A stretch of DNA of 64,000 bases from an uncultured Holophagales bacterium (GTDB lineage Bacteria; Acidobacteriota; Thermoanaerobaculia; Multivoradales; UBA5704): assembly GCA_963842525.1 (NCBI GenBank), contig CAWJGT010000003.1, positions 1,824,001-1,888,000 of the forward strand, in the 5' to 3' direction. The notes under the pieces are model-generated. The model saw nothing but the letters and a program-made list of their open reading frames with translations, had not been told where the DNA came from and did no database searches. This document shows positions 27,682 through 37,184 of this stretch, in pieces. Positions within the stretch are counted from its first letter, which is position 1; every line of letters starts with the position of its first letter. Both the position numbers and the translations under genes were made by a program.

Positions 27682-30600
27682 GCAGCGGACCGGCCGTCGC
27701 CCACAAGGCCGCGGAGGCCGGGAGGCAGCGCACGCCGTCTCCCGTCCCGGCCGGCCCCTCGCCGCAGCGGGAGGAGATCCGCAGTGCCCTCTCGCGTGAC
27801 GAGGAGTACCGCCTCGCGCGCACCGAGGACGGCGGCATCGTCCTGTACTTCCATCCGCGGGACTACTTCACCTGGTCCGATCCCCTCGGCGAGACCTTCG
27901 GCCGCTACGTGCTCCACGTCTTCCCGGGAGCCACCCGGGAGGACGCCGAGGAGTGCGCGCGCGACAACGGGGTCTTCTGGGTGCAACGGGTCCCCGAGGA
28001 TGCCGCGGGCCGCGGCCTGGTCCCCATCACGATCCAGGGGCCTCTTCACTCCCAGGTCAAGGCCTGGTTCAAGACGCACCGCCCCGGCCTCCTGCCGGTG
28101 GAGCCCGCGCCCGGATTCTTCCGCCTGGCGGACACGCGTCCCGACCGCAGATCGCTGGACGTGATCCGTACCTTCGTGCCGAAGGGGGCGCTCGTCCTCC
28201 AACCCGACGTAGGGACCTTCGTCCAGGGGAGCACCATCAAGGCGGCCGTCGAGTTCGCCGGCGACTCCGCCAACGAGCGCCTCAACCTCTATCCCAGCAT
28301 GGCCGCCTTCGACTGGACGGTCGTCGATGCGAACGGCCAGGAAGTCCTGACCGGCCCCCTCTTCGAGGGGCGCGGCACCCGCATCTACGAATTCGAGCTG
28401 AGCGAAAAGGGCCGCTACGAGGTCCGGGTCACGGTCTCCAGCCGGTGGTTCAGCACCGGCGACTTCACCCCGCCGCCGGTCTCGATCCTGGTGGTCAGCG
28501 AAGCGCAGCGCGAGAAGGAGGTCTTCGACCTGCTCCTCACCGGCCCCGGCGAGGAGGCCCCGTTCGAGCGCGTCGGCAGCGAGCTGCGTCTCAAGCCCGG
28601 CGCCGAGCCTCTCTCGGTGGACCGGGAGGTCGAGAAGGCCGACTTCTGGGTCCGGCTCGTCGACCGGATGCAGGCGAGAGGGCAGATCACGGAAGAGCAG
28701 GCCGAGGAGTTCCGCGAAGTCTGGACGGACCGCAAGGAGATGCTCGAGGAGAAGAGGGAGCTGCTGACCGGCACTACGCCATACATCGCCTACGGGAGCT
28801 TCCTCGATGCCACCACCTCCGCCTATCTGCCTCTCCAGGTCGCCCTGCGCGGCGAGAGGCGGAACGAAGGATCCTCCCTCGGCTTCAGCTTCCGACTGCT
28901 CGACTTCACCCTGGCGCCGTACGACCCGCCGCTCCACTCGGGCGAAGCCGAGGTGGAGGTCGCGTTCGGCGACGAGCAGACGGCGACCCGCCGGGCCGAG
29001 ATCGCGGCCCTCGACGAGCTGGCCGGGCACTGGCAGTCCAACAACAGCTATCCGGACGGCACCGTGCGTCTCGTCGTCCGGCTCTCCGACGGGACCCTCT
29101 ACGAGAGGCCGCCCATCGACACCCGCAGCGCCAAGAAGGACGTGCAGCAGGCCGCGGGCAAGGTGGCCCTGGTCCTCGGCGCCGTGGCGCTCGGCATCTC
29201 CCTGATCAATCCCGTCGGCATCCTTTTCGTCGTCGGCACGGGCGCGGGCGTCCTCGCGGCCGGCGCCGGGCTGACCGATGTCGGCCTGCGGCTGGAGCAG
29301 CGCATCCAGACCCACACGCTGCACGCCGACCGCCAGGTGGCGCTCGACTGTCTGCAGGTGGCCGCCACGATCGCCGGCATCGGCGGCATGGCCCGGGCGG
29401 TGCGCTCCGGCAGGGTGCTGAGCGACGGCCGCCTCCTGGTCGGCATGGCCGGCCTGGACGTGGCGCAGGGGATGGTCCTGACCGCCGACGTGCAGGCGCG
29501 CATCCTGGAGGTCGAGGCCGACTACCACAGCCGCGCCGCGGCGCTCCAGGAGCAGGGGAATGCCGTCGAGGGGGACCTGAAGGCGCTCGCCGTCGAGAGG
29601 GACACCGCCGTCGCGAACATCCTCGGCGAGGCCGCCATCGGCGGCGGCTTCCTCCTGGTCTCGCTGGGCAGGGGAGTCAAGGACATCAGAAACCACGTGC
29701 GGAGGGTGGCGGCGAGCGGCGACCCGCGGCTCATCCGCAACACCCTGGGGACCGACCGCGTCCTCACTCCGGACGAGGTGCGCCAGCTCAACACCGCGCT
29801 CGAAGCGGCCGAGCCGCCGGCGAGGATTGAAGAGCCGCCCACGGCCACCGCGAAAGTGGAAGAGCCGCTGCCCGCGCCGCCGAGGGTCGAAGAGCCGGTG
29901 AAGCCCGAAGCCAGGGTGGAAGAGCCGCCCCCCGCAACGGCGAAGATCGAGGAGCCTGCCAAGCCCGGGCCGAAGGTGGAAGAGCCCGGCACGCCGGAGA
30001 AGCCCAGGCCTCCCAGGCCCGCAAGTCCAGAGCCCGCCGCAACGGTCCGTCCGGTCCCCGAGGTCCGGGGACTGGTGACCCTCCCCGCCAAGCCGGTCCG
30101 GCCCGGCGAGCTGCGCTACGACTACCAGACCTGGCTGCGCTCCGAGGTCGAGCATCCGGTCTCGGAGGCGCGGCGCGCGCGGGCCGCCGAGCTGGCGGAG
30201 CGTCTGGCCGGCTTGGACAAGAGGCAGCGCAACGTCGACAAGGTCACGCGACAGCTCGACGAAGCCGAGATCGAGGCCCGGGAGGCAGCCCTCGAGGAGC
30301 CCAAGACGGGAGAGGCGCCGCCGCCACCTTTCGACGAAAAGGCCCATCAGGCCGCCCGCGAGCGCAACGCGGCGGAGCAGCAGCAGATCCTGGCGGACAC
30401 CGTCCCCCTGATGCACGCCCTGCAGGAGCACGCCAACTCGTCCCTGTCCACGGACATGGGCGGCACCCCGGCCCAGATGCTCGACCTCCAGGGACGCCTC
30501 AATCCACCCGAGATCCGGGGCCTCCACATCGAGCTCGGCCGCGAGCGGTTCGTCAAGCTGCTCGGCGCCGGCCCCGACGTCGTCGGCCGGTTCCTGGACG

Positions 30601-31601
30601 TGCGCCGCCAGACCAACCTCACCCGGACCGGCCGCCTCCGCCTGCTCGAGATCCTCGACCTGCACCGCAGCGGCGCCCTCGACGACGCCCGCCTCTCCCA
30701 GGCGCTCGACGAGTGCCGGGACTTCCTGACCCTTTATCCGAACGGGATCAAGGGGGACTTCCGGCGCATGGCCGCGGCGTTCGATCCGGCCGCCCGCGTC
30801 TCCACGGTCGAGGCGCTCCCCACCTCCGAGCTGTACCTGCGGGCCCAGTCGGGGGACGCGGATGCCGCCCACGAGCTCGAGCTGCGGCGCCAGAGCCTCT
30901 CCACCGAAGAGCTCCAGACCGCCGCCCAGCAGGCCGAACAGGCCGCGCGGCGGGCCCGCAAGGCCAAGCGCAAGGACGAGGCGCGGAGCGCCAAGGGCGA
31001 GCAGGACCGGCTCAGAACCCTGCTGGCCGAGCGCAACGTCCTCTTCACAGGGGTCCGCACCACCGACGGCCCCTTCACCACCCACCCCGAGCTGCGCAGA
31101 GTCTTGGAGAACGACCTCCGCAAAAGCCGGGTCGTGGGCCGGATCGACATCCCGCAGTCCGATGCCGCCGTCGAGGGAGGCACCCTCGGAGCCGCGCGCA
31201 CCGACATCCCGGGCGTCGGCCCCCGCAAGCTCTTCCTCGGCCGCTCGCCCAAGGCGCACGCCGAGGGAGAGGCCTCGACGATCAATCCCAGGTACAAGGC
31301 CCCGGCCGAGACCGCGGCCGCCCACGGGCACGCCGAGCAGACCCTGGTCGGCAACCTCGCGGACGACATCGACCAGCTCATCAAAGCCGGCAAGCTGACC
31401 CAGGCGGACCTCCAGGGGAAGACCGTCTGGATGCTCATCGATCAGGAAGTCTGCAGCTACTGCGGCTCCGGCCTGGACAGCCCCGTCGCTCCCGGCGTGC
31501 TGGCGCAGTTCAGCCAGGACTTCCCGCTGCTCACCATCCAGATCAAGAACCTGCGGACCAGCGACCTCATCATCCTGAGGGGCGGCCGCCGGATCAATTA
31601 G
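27678..31601 (+). CDS. Polymorphic-toxin-like eCIS effector with C-terminal zinc-dependent deaminase domain
   Basis: Ig/PKD-like segment, hydrophobic Gly/Ala-rich helices, EEPP linker repeats, then HGHAEQ...EVCSYC..GVLAQFSQDFPLLTIQI. Confidence 0.85.
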   Translation: MSSGPAVAHKAAEAGRQRTPSPVPAGPSPQREEIRSALSRDEEYRLARTEDGGIVLYFHPRDYFTWSDPLGETFGRYVLHVFPGATREDAEECARDNGVFWVQRVPEDAAGRGLVPITIQGPLHSQVKAWFKTHRPGLLPVEPAPGFFRLADTRPDRRSLDVIRTFVPKGALVLQPDVGTFVQGSTIKAAVEFAGDSANERLNLYPSMAAFDWTVVDANGQEVLTGPLFEGRGTRIYEFELSEKGRYEVRVTVSSRWFSTGDFTPPPVSILVVSEAQREKEVFDLLLTGPGEEAPFERVGSELRLKPGAEPLSVDREVEKADFWVRLVDRMQARGQITEEQAEEFREVWTDRKEMLEEKRELLTGTTPYIAYGSFLDATTSAYLPLQVALRGERRNEGSSLGFSFRLLDFTLAPYDPPLHSGEAEVEVAFGDEQTATRRAEIAALDELAGHWQSNNSYPDGTVRLVVRLSDGTLYERPPIDTRSAKKDVQQAAGKVALVLGAVALGISLINPVGILFVVGTGAGVLAAGAGLTDVGLRLEQRIQTHTLHADRQVALDCLQVAATIAGIGGMARAVRSGRVLSDGRLLVGMAGLDVAQGMVLTADVQARILEVEADYHSRAAALQEQGNAVEGDLKALAVERDTAVANILGEAAIGGGFLLVSLGRGVKDIRNHVRRVAASGDPRLIRNTLGTDRVLTPDEVRQLNTALEAAEPPARIEEPPTATAKVEEPLPAPPRVEEPVKPEARVEEPPPATAKIEEPAKPGPKVEEPGTPEKPRPPRPASPEPAATVRPVPEVRGLVTLPAKPVRPGELRYDYQTWLRSEVEHPVSEARRARAAELAERLAGLDKRQRNVDKVTRQLDEAEIEAREAALEEPKTGEAPPPPFDEKAHQAARERNAAEQQQILADTVPLMHALQEHANSSLSTDMGGTPAQMLDLQGRLNPPEIRGLHIELGRERFVKLLGAGPDVVGRFLDVRRQTNLTRTGRLRLLEILDLHRSGALDDARLSQALDECRDFLTLYPNGIKGDFRRMAAAFDPAARVSTVEALPTSELYLRAQSGDADAAHELELRRQSLSTEELQTAAQQAEQAARRARKAKRKDEARSAKGEQDRLRTLLAERNVLFTGVRTTDGPFTTHPELRRVLENDLRKSRVVGRIDIPQSDAAVEGGTLGAARTDIPGVGPRKLFLGRSPKAHAEGEASTINPRYKAPAETAAAHGHAEQTLVGNLADDIDQLIKAGKLTQADLQGKTVWMLIDQEVCSYCGSGLDSPVAPGVLAQFSQDFPLLTIQIKNLRTSDLIILRGGRRIN
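29805..30000 (+). repeat. In-frame (I/V)EEP linker repeats, ~30-bp period
   Basis: ARIEEPPTATAKVEEPLPAPPRVEEPVKPEARVEEPPPATAKIEEPAKPGPKVEEP. Confidence 0.8.
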
Positions 31602-31613
31602 CAGGAGACGTAC

Positions 31614-32378
31614 ATGCCGTTCATCCAAGACAAGGAACCCGCCGCCGCGGTCTGGCGCCGGTTCCTGGAGAAGTCCGCCACGCCCCTTGGACCCGTCCCC
31701 GACCGGCAGGAGGTCCGCCGCATCCTCGCGCAATCGCCCACGGCCGCGCTGCCGGCTCTCGCCATGGGCGGCCTGCCCGCTGTCGGTGGGCTCGTGCAGG
31801 GTGCCACGAATGAGGATGCCCAGACCGTCTGGAGCAAGATCGCCGACGTCAAGACGAAGGCCGAGCCGGGACAGCCGGAGACGCCGCAGCAGACGCGCGC
31901 CCATCAGGCCATCCAACAGATGCTCTCCATCCCCGAAGGGATCACGCTCGTCCGGCAGCTCGGCCGGCTCTTCGGCAAGCGCGACAAGCCGACCTTGGAA
32001 ATCCACTTCGTCAACAAGCTCAAGAAGGACTTCGAAGGCGCCGGCGGCTACTTCGTTCCCGAGGAGAAGGGGCAGCCCAAGTACCAGATCTACATCAGGA
32101 ACGACACGCCGATGGAAGGCGTCTTCTCGCGGGAATGGCCGCAAGGGGAGGGGCCGAAGATCTCCTCCCTCAGCGTGGACTCCGCGTCCAACATGGCCCG
32201 GACGCTGCACCACGAGCTGCTCCACGTCTGGTACCTCCACACGCAAGACGACGGGGAGTACCCGACCGGGCACGGCGATGTCGGCGAGCGCGAAATCGCG
32301 CAGCTCTTCTGGGACCGCCTCAAGAAGTTCGCCGAGCAGCAGGACGATTTCACCCGTCCTGCCCGCGAGCGCAGGTAG
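31614..32378 (+). CDS. HExxH-motif protein (putative metallopeptidase effector or immunity protein)
   Basis: AGGAG RBS; ARTLHHELLHVWY..PTGHG; directly follows the deaminase toxin. Confidence 0.75.
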   Translation: MPFIQDKEPAAAVWRRFLEKSATPLGPVPDRQEVRRILAQSPTAALPALAMGGLPAVGGLVQGATNEDAQTVWSKIADVKTKAEPGQPETPQQTRAHQAIQQMLSIPEGITLVRQLGRLFGKRDKPTLEIHFVNKLKKDFEGAGGYFVPEEKGQPKYQIYIRNDTPMEGVFSREWPQGEGPKISSLSVDSASNMARTLHHELLHVWYLHTQDDGEYPTGHGDVGEREIAQLFWDRLKKFAEQQDDFTRPARERR

Positions 32379-32543
32379 GTGAACAAACCAACGGATAACC
32401 GAACCATCTGCAGACGCTGTAGAGATGCCCTAGTCCACGACCACCGCCCTTGTGGCCACCACATCCGCCAGGGCGTCTCTCGGCCTCCGCAACCACAAAC
32501 GCCCAGGACCTCGTCACAGTCCGAGTGACGGATAGCGTTTCAT

Positions 32544-32601
32544 GTAGGGGCGGCCCTTATGGCCGCCCTCCGGAGGGGCACCCACAAGGGGCGCCCCTAC
32601 A
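32544..32601. repeat. GTAG-type REP doublet
   Basis: TGTAGGGGCGGCCCTTATGGCCGCCC..GGGCACCCACAAGGGGCGCCCCTACA inverted pair; another TGTAG hairpin at ~32418-32480. Confidence 0.85.
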
Positions 32602-32843
32602 GAGGGACGATCCATCTTTTCCGACGTGACAGGGTACTAGCGGCGAAGAGGCTCGGGCTCGCCGGAATTATCGCACGAGCAAGGGAGCGGCTTCCCGGGG
32701 CCCAGGCCGGACCGCTCCCCGTCAGCGCGTACAACGTTTGACAACTGAAGCACAGACGAAGAGGCGGCCCTATCTGTTTGCCAGGGCGTGGCCGTCCAGG
32801 CCATGCTCTGGTCCTTTTTTAACTGAGCTTCCACCCCCGTGGT

Positions 32844-32870
32844 TGAGGGAAACGCAACACCCTCTCCGTT
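32844..32870 (+). promoter_or_regulatory. ECF-type promoter motif A upstream of the ECF sigma gene
   Basis: TGAGGG-N17-CGTT, ending 47 nt before the ATG at 32918. Confidence 0.62.
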
Positions 32871-32917
32871 TGCTCTCCTGAAGACCAATGGCCTTCGGAT
32901 AACATACTTGCCACGCT

Positions 32918-33550
32918 ATGAGCCTCCCAGATCCTGAACCGGCCGTCCGGCCCTATCCGGACGTCGATGAACGGCACCTCGTCCTTGCTCTCCGTAGGAA
33001 AGAGGAATCCGCGTTTTCGCAACTGGTCCATGCGTACGGTGGCCGCATGCTGGCGGTGGCGCGGCGCTTGCTGCGCGATGAGGACGATGCGCGCGATGCG
33101 GTGCAGGAGGCGTTCCTCGCTGCGTTCCGCTCCATCTCCCAGTTCGAGGGCTCCGCCCGGCTCTCGACCTGGCTGCACCGGATCGTCGTCAATGCCGCGT
33201 TGATGAAGCTGCGCAGCCGGCAGAGAAAGCCGGAGGAAGCGATCGAAGACCTGCTGCCCAGCTTCCTGGAGGACGGCCACCGGGTGGATCACCACGCGCC
33301 CGGTTGGCCGGAACCGGTGGACGTCCTGCTGCAGCGCAAGGAGGTCTGTTCGCTGGTCCGGCGCTCGATCGACCGGCTGCCGTCGAGCTACCGCACCGTT
33401 CTGCTCTGCCGCGACATCGAAGGGCTGGATACGGGCGAGGCAGCGGCCCTGCTCGGGATCAGCGAGAACGCGGTCAAGATCCGCCTTCACCGCGCCCGGC
33501 AGGCCCTGCGGACGCTTCTCGATCCACACCTGAGAGGAGCAGCGGCATGA
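32918..33550 (+). CDS. ECF (sigma-70 group 4) RNA polymerase sigma factor
   Basis: DARDAVQEAFLAAFRSISQFEGSARLSTWLHRIVVN (region 2); LP..YRTVLLCRDIEGL..EAAALLGISENAVKIRLHRAR (region 4). Confidence 0.96.
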   Translation: MSLPDPEPAVRPYPDVDERHLVLALRRKEESAFSQLVHAYGGRMLAVARRLLRDEDDARDAVQEAFLAAFRSISQFEGSARLSTWLHRIVVNAALMKLRSRQRKPEEAIEDLLPSFLEDGHRVDHHAPGWPEPVDVLLQRKEVCSLVRRSIDRLPSSYRTVLLCRDIEGLDTGEAAALLGISENAVKIRLHRARQALRTLLDPHLRGAAA

Positions 33551-33804
33551 GCCAGGACCCCGAGCATCTGACCTGCAAGGAAGTGATCGAGTTCCTCTGG
33601 GCCTACGTCGCGCGCGAGCTGCCGCCGGAGAGGACCCAGGCGTTCGAGGAGCACCTCGCGCTCTGCCCCGGCTGCGTCGTCTACCTCGACACCTACCGGC
33701 AGGCCATCGAGCTGACCCAGGGAGCCCTGAGCGAGCCGGAGGAGGAAGACTTCCCGGACGAGCTGGTCCAGGCCATCCTCGCGGCCCGCAAGCGGCAGGA
33801 GTGA
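33547..33804 (+). CDS. Soluble zinc-binding anti-sigma factor (zf-HC2/ZAS)
   Basis: TC...EEHLALCPGC (HxxxCxxC); ATGA overlap with sigma; no transmembrane segment. Confidence 0.93.
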   Translation: MSQDPEHLTCKEVIEFLWAYVARELPPERTQAFEEHLALCPGCVVYLDTYRQAIELTQGALSEPEEEDFPDELVQAILAARKRQE

Positions 33805-33824
33805 GGACGCGTTGCCGGATCTCC

Positions 33825-35177
33825 TCAGCCGACGTACGCGACGTTCAGGTTGAACAGGAGGCCCGGCAGGAGCTGGGTGGCGTTCGTGGGCAGCGAGACG
33901 ATGTAGGAGTAGGTTACGCTGGTCGCGGACAAGGAGCTCACCCGGACCTGCACCTCCACTCCGCGGACGGGCGATGCGCTTTCGTCGCGGACTGAGAAGG
34001 TCACAATCCCCTGATCGGTCGACACCCCCGCAACCGATTGGTACGGGATTGAGCCGAGCCGAACCATCACCATGCCGGTGCCTCGCTGCACAAAGGGAGA
34101 GGCTTCGAGCTCGGCAAAGCCGTTGGTGGTGCTGCCGAAGTTGGCTCCCGCAACAGGCGCGTAATACGCACCTGTCGCCCAGATGAACCTGGGCTGGAAA
34201 TTGAGGGTGCTCGACACAGTGTCCGTGACCGTGAAGTTTCCGGTCGCGGTTGGGGTGGCGAAAGTGATCTGTGACAGGAGCCGCCGGCCGAAGTCGTACT
34301 GATTCGATGGCAGTGCGCCGAGGTCCGCCAGGCTGGTGGAGATCCGGATGTCGTTCATGCTGTCGTTGCCGGTGACGGTGATCCCTCCCATGCCTGTCAC
34401 GCTGATGTTGCCGCCGGGGTTCGACACGCCGGCGACGCTCACCAGCGCTCCCACCTGGGCTGCGTTGACCCCGTGCGGGTTGCTGCGGCTGGCGATGTGA
34501 TTTCCGACATTCGAGTTCGTCGAGCCGACGGTCAGATCGCCCGAGACGGCGAGGCTTCCCTGCAGGTCGAGCCGGCTCGTCGCGCCGGAGGTGAGGAGCG
34601 GCCAGGAGCTTTCGGCCACCCCCTGGCGAGACAGTCTCAATCTCTCGACCGAGACCTCGCTGCCGAGCCGCACGCCGGCCGCCAGGCGCACGCTCGAATC
34701 GTGGAGGGAGGCCCGGCCGACCCCGTTGACCTGGATGCGGGCCAGGCGGATGGCGACGTCGGCCGCCGGGGCCTCGGGGGAGTCGAGGATGATCTCGAGG
34801 CGCGGGCTCTCGCTCCAGCGCGTCTCCCCCTGGTCGCCGACGGCCGCGGGGTCGGAGGGTGCTTCATGATAGGAGATCACCACCAGGACCGAGCGGTTGG
34901 CGAAGGGTCCGGGCGAGCCCAGGGACGACCCCAGAGATAACGTGCGGGGCTCGGTGAGCACGATCGACCGGCCCGAGCTGTCGACGGCGGTGCCGGCCCC
35001 GACGGTCACCTCGGTGCTGTCCAGGTTGGCGGTGGCCGTCAGCCCTTCCGTGATGCCGGGCGTGTGCTGCTGCCGGTTGTGGCGCCGTAGCCGGTCGAGG
35101 AAATAAGCCTGCTCATCATTGAAATCCTGCTCCTGCAGGAATTGGCCTGTGTAATAACGTAGACGTTTGTCAGCCAT
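33825..35177 (-). CDS. eCIS-2 tail-fibre-like protein
   Basis: KRLRYYTGQFLQEQDFNDEQAY..RRHNR..GITEGL..GTAVDSSGRSIVL N-terminus; H..NPHGV motif; beta-rich C-terminus. Confidence 0.82.
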   Translation of the reverse strand: MADKRLRYYTGQFLQEQDFNDEQAYFLDRLRRHNRQQHTPGITEGLTATANLDSTEVTVGAGTAVDSSGRSIVLTEPRTLSLGSSLGSPGPFANRSVLVVISYHEAPSDPAAVGDQGETRWSESPRLEIILDSPEAPAADVAIRLARIQVNGVGRASLHDSSVRLAAGVRLGSEVSVERLRLSRQGVAESSWPLLTSGATSRLDLQGSLAVSGDLTVGSTNSNVGNHIASRSNPHGVNAAQVGALVSVAGVSNPGGNISVTGMGGITVTGNDSMNDIRISTSLADLGALPSNQYDFGRRLLSQITFATPTATGNFTVTDTVSSTLNFQPRFIWATGAYYAPVAGANFGSTTNGFAELEASPFVQRGTGMVMVRLGSIPYQSVAGVSTDQGIVTFSVRDESASPVRGVEVQVRVSSLSATSVTYSYIVSLPTNATQLLPGLLFNLNVAYVG

Positions 35178-35916
35178 TGCCGTTGTCTCCTTGACCGTTC
35201 GATGCCACGCTGCCCAAAAAGGTTTCATATCCAACGGTCGAGCTGACGCCGACGCGCAGCGTCGGGATGTCGAGGAAGAGGTCGTAATAGGAATGCGCCG
35301 GTTTTTCGGCGTCGATGATGGAGCGCAGGATGGTGCGCTGGCGGGCGAGGTCGTCGCGTGCCGCCAGCCGGACCCGGAGCTGGAAGTAGTGGGCTGGCCC
35401 GCCGCCGAGAGCGGTGTCCTCACCGACGCGCGACGTGACGCCGACCTCCAGCGGCTCGTGAAGCTCCCGGATCGTGATGGTCGACGCCGGCAGCCCCGTG
35501 AACGCGGCCAGGATCTGGCGCAGGCCGTCGGGTGTGCCGCGCTTGCGGTAGGAGGAGGCGATCCCGGCCAGGATGCGGCGCCGTTCTTCTTCGCGCCAGT
35601 CGTCGCGGAGGGTCAGCGCCACCCAGCCCGACAGCCACTCCAGGAATTCGGCCGGCGCGCGCTGGGCGTCGCGCAGGCCCGGCCCGGGATCGAAAAAGCG
35701 GTGGGCGCCCGCCAGCCGGACGGAGCCGTCCGGGCCTGGGATCCCTTCGAGGATCTCTTCGAGCCCTGGATTCTCCGGATCGCCCAGGCCGGTCAGCACC
35801 TGCTCGAAGCCGAGCAGGAAGCGGCCCAGGAAGCCAGAGCGTCCGTCGGGGCCCTCCTGGCGGAAGATGGCCGGCAGGTCGTCCAGATACCGGCTGGCCT
35901 GGATGTCGGAGATCAT
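35170..35916 (-). CDS. Baseplate tail protein I-like (Afp12-like)
   Basis: YLDDLPAIF, FLGRFLLGFE, APAEFLEWLSGWVAL, YRKRGT, IIDAEKPAHS. Confidence 0.9.
   Translation of the reverse strand: MISDIQASRYLDDLPAIFRQEGPDGRSGFLGRFLLGFEQVLTGLGDPENPGLEEILEGIPGPDGSVRLAGAHRFFDPGPGLRDAQRAPAEFLEWLSGWVALTLRDDWREEERRRILAGIASSYRKRGTPDGLRQILAAFTGLPASTITIRELHEPLEVGVTSRVGEDTALGGGPAHYFQLRVRLAARDDLARQRTILRSIIDAEKPAHSYYDLFLDIPTLRVGVSSTVGYETFLGSVASNGQGDNGNG
35201..35227 (-). promoter_or_regulatory. Promoter motif B (TGAAACC-N15-GCATC) upstream of eCIS-2 fibre gene
   Basis: Plus strand GATGC-N15-GGTTTCA, inside the 3' end of the upstream gene. Confidence 0.58.
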
Positions 35917-37184
35917 GCCGTCACCTCCACCGCGAGCTCGGCCATTTCGCCGGCTGCGAAGCTCACTCGCTGCACGGGTCCCGGCAGCATGTGTCCGGCA
36001 TCGCTCGTCAGCTCCGCCGAGACGACGAAGCTGATCTCGGGAAGCCCGGTCAGGAGCTGGTTCAGCTCGTTCAGGCTCGTCTCCCAGGGCGCCGTGCCTC
36101 CCGGCCCACCGGAGCCGGGATGGAAGTGCCGGCGGAGGGCGGACTTGACGGCCTGCCGCACCGCCGCCGGGGTCACATTCAGCTCCGGCCGGACCCAGGC
36201 TTTCACCCGCACCGGTGCGAAGCGGGTGCCGAAGACGAGGAGCTGCGGCTCGATCCGCGCCCAGGGGAGGTGATGGGAATCCAGGGCGAGGCCGATCAGA
36301 TCGCCCGTGTCGTGCCAGAGGGCAGCGGCCTCGACGCAACGTGGGGCGTCCGCCGGGCAGGCGCTCGCCAGGGCCAGGTCGACCACGTGGTCCACGCCGG
36401 GTACGTCGCGCTCCAGGAGCTGGTACAGCTCGGAGACGTAGACGTCCCGCCCGAAGGGCCAGCCCCGGCCGTCCGGTCCGCCGGTCCGTGGATCGAGGAA
36501 CCTCTCCAGGGCCGCGGCGACCTGCCGCCGCAGAGGCTCGACGGCCACGTCCGGCCGGGTCGCCAGGACGATCTCCGGCGTGACCGGCACGTAGACCGGT
36601 GCGGCGACATGCTGCCGCACGGTGAGGAGCCGGCGCGGCGCCAGGCCCTCGCGGACAGCGCGGAGGAGGTCTTCGGAGGGCATGGGAGCCCCGGGCCGCG
36701 AAGCAGGGTCTTCGCCCTCCGGGTGTGGGACGACGAGGACGCTGACGTGGCCTTCCCGCGGGAGCGTCCGCAGCGCTTCGGTCCTCGCCTCCAGGTCACG
36801 CAGCCGCACGCAGTGCGCCCGGGCCACCCGCGGATCGGCCTCGCGAGCCAGGACCTCGTAGTCGTCCGGAGTCACGGCCCGGTGGCGTGCCCGCAGGTCG
36901 AGCAATGCAGAGCGGATATCCGCGTCCAGGTCCGGCCCCGGCGTCCAGGCCGGCCCGTTGAGCAGCTTGAGGAAGGTGCGGGTGTTGTCCGCGGTCAGGC
37001 GATTGACCCGGTAGATCAGCATCTCCGTGAGCCAGGCGAAGAGCTCGACCAGGGTGATGCCGGGATCGGACGGGTTGAGGTTCGTCCACGTCCGCTCGGG
37101 GACGAGGGTCGGGATCAGGGCCCGCGCCTCGTCTACCAGGTCGGCGAACGTGCGGTCGTCGAGGTTCGGCTGCGGGATGCTCAT
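35913..37184 (-). CDS. Baseplate J/gp47-family protein
   Basis: PNLDDRTFADLV, NPSDPGITLVELFAWL, RAVTPDDYE, GWPFGRDVY. Confidence 0.92.
   Translation of the reverse strand: MSIPQPNLDDRTFADLVDEARALIPTLVPERTWTNLNPSDPGITLVELFAWLTEMLIYRVNRLTADNTRTFLKLLNGPAWTPGPDLDADIRSALLDLRARHRAVTPDDYEVLAREADPRVARAHCVRLRDLEARTEALRTLPREGHVSVLVVPHPEGEDPASRPGAPMPSEDLLRAVREGLAPRRLLTVRQHVAAPVYVPVTPEIVLATRPDVAVEPLRRQVAAALERFLDPRTGGPDGRGWPFGRDVYVSELYQLLERDVPGVDHVVDLALASACPADAPRCVEAAALWHDTGDLIGLALDSHHLPWARIEPQLLVFGTRFAPVRVKAWVRPELNVTPAAVRQAVKSALRRHFHPGSGGPGGTAPWETSLNELNQLLTGLPEISFVVSAELTSDAGHMLPGPVQRVSFAAGEMAELAVEVTA

Noticed and set aside
27654-32273. 1539-aa minus-strand ORF (likewise 2028..4841, 41372..43279, 45648..47756, 51025..52830, 59748..61778)
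   Set aside because: Antisense shadows of well-supported genes, expected in high-GC DNA; no motifs.
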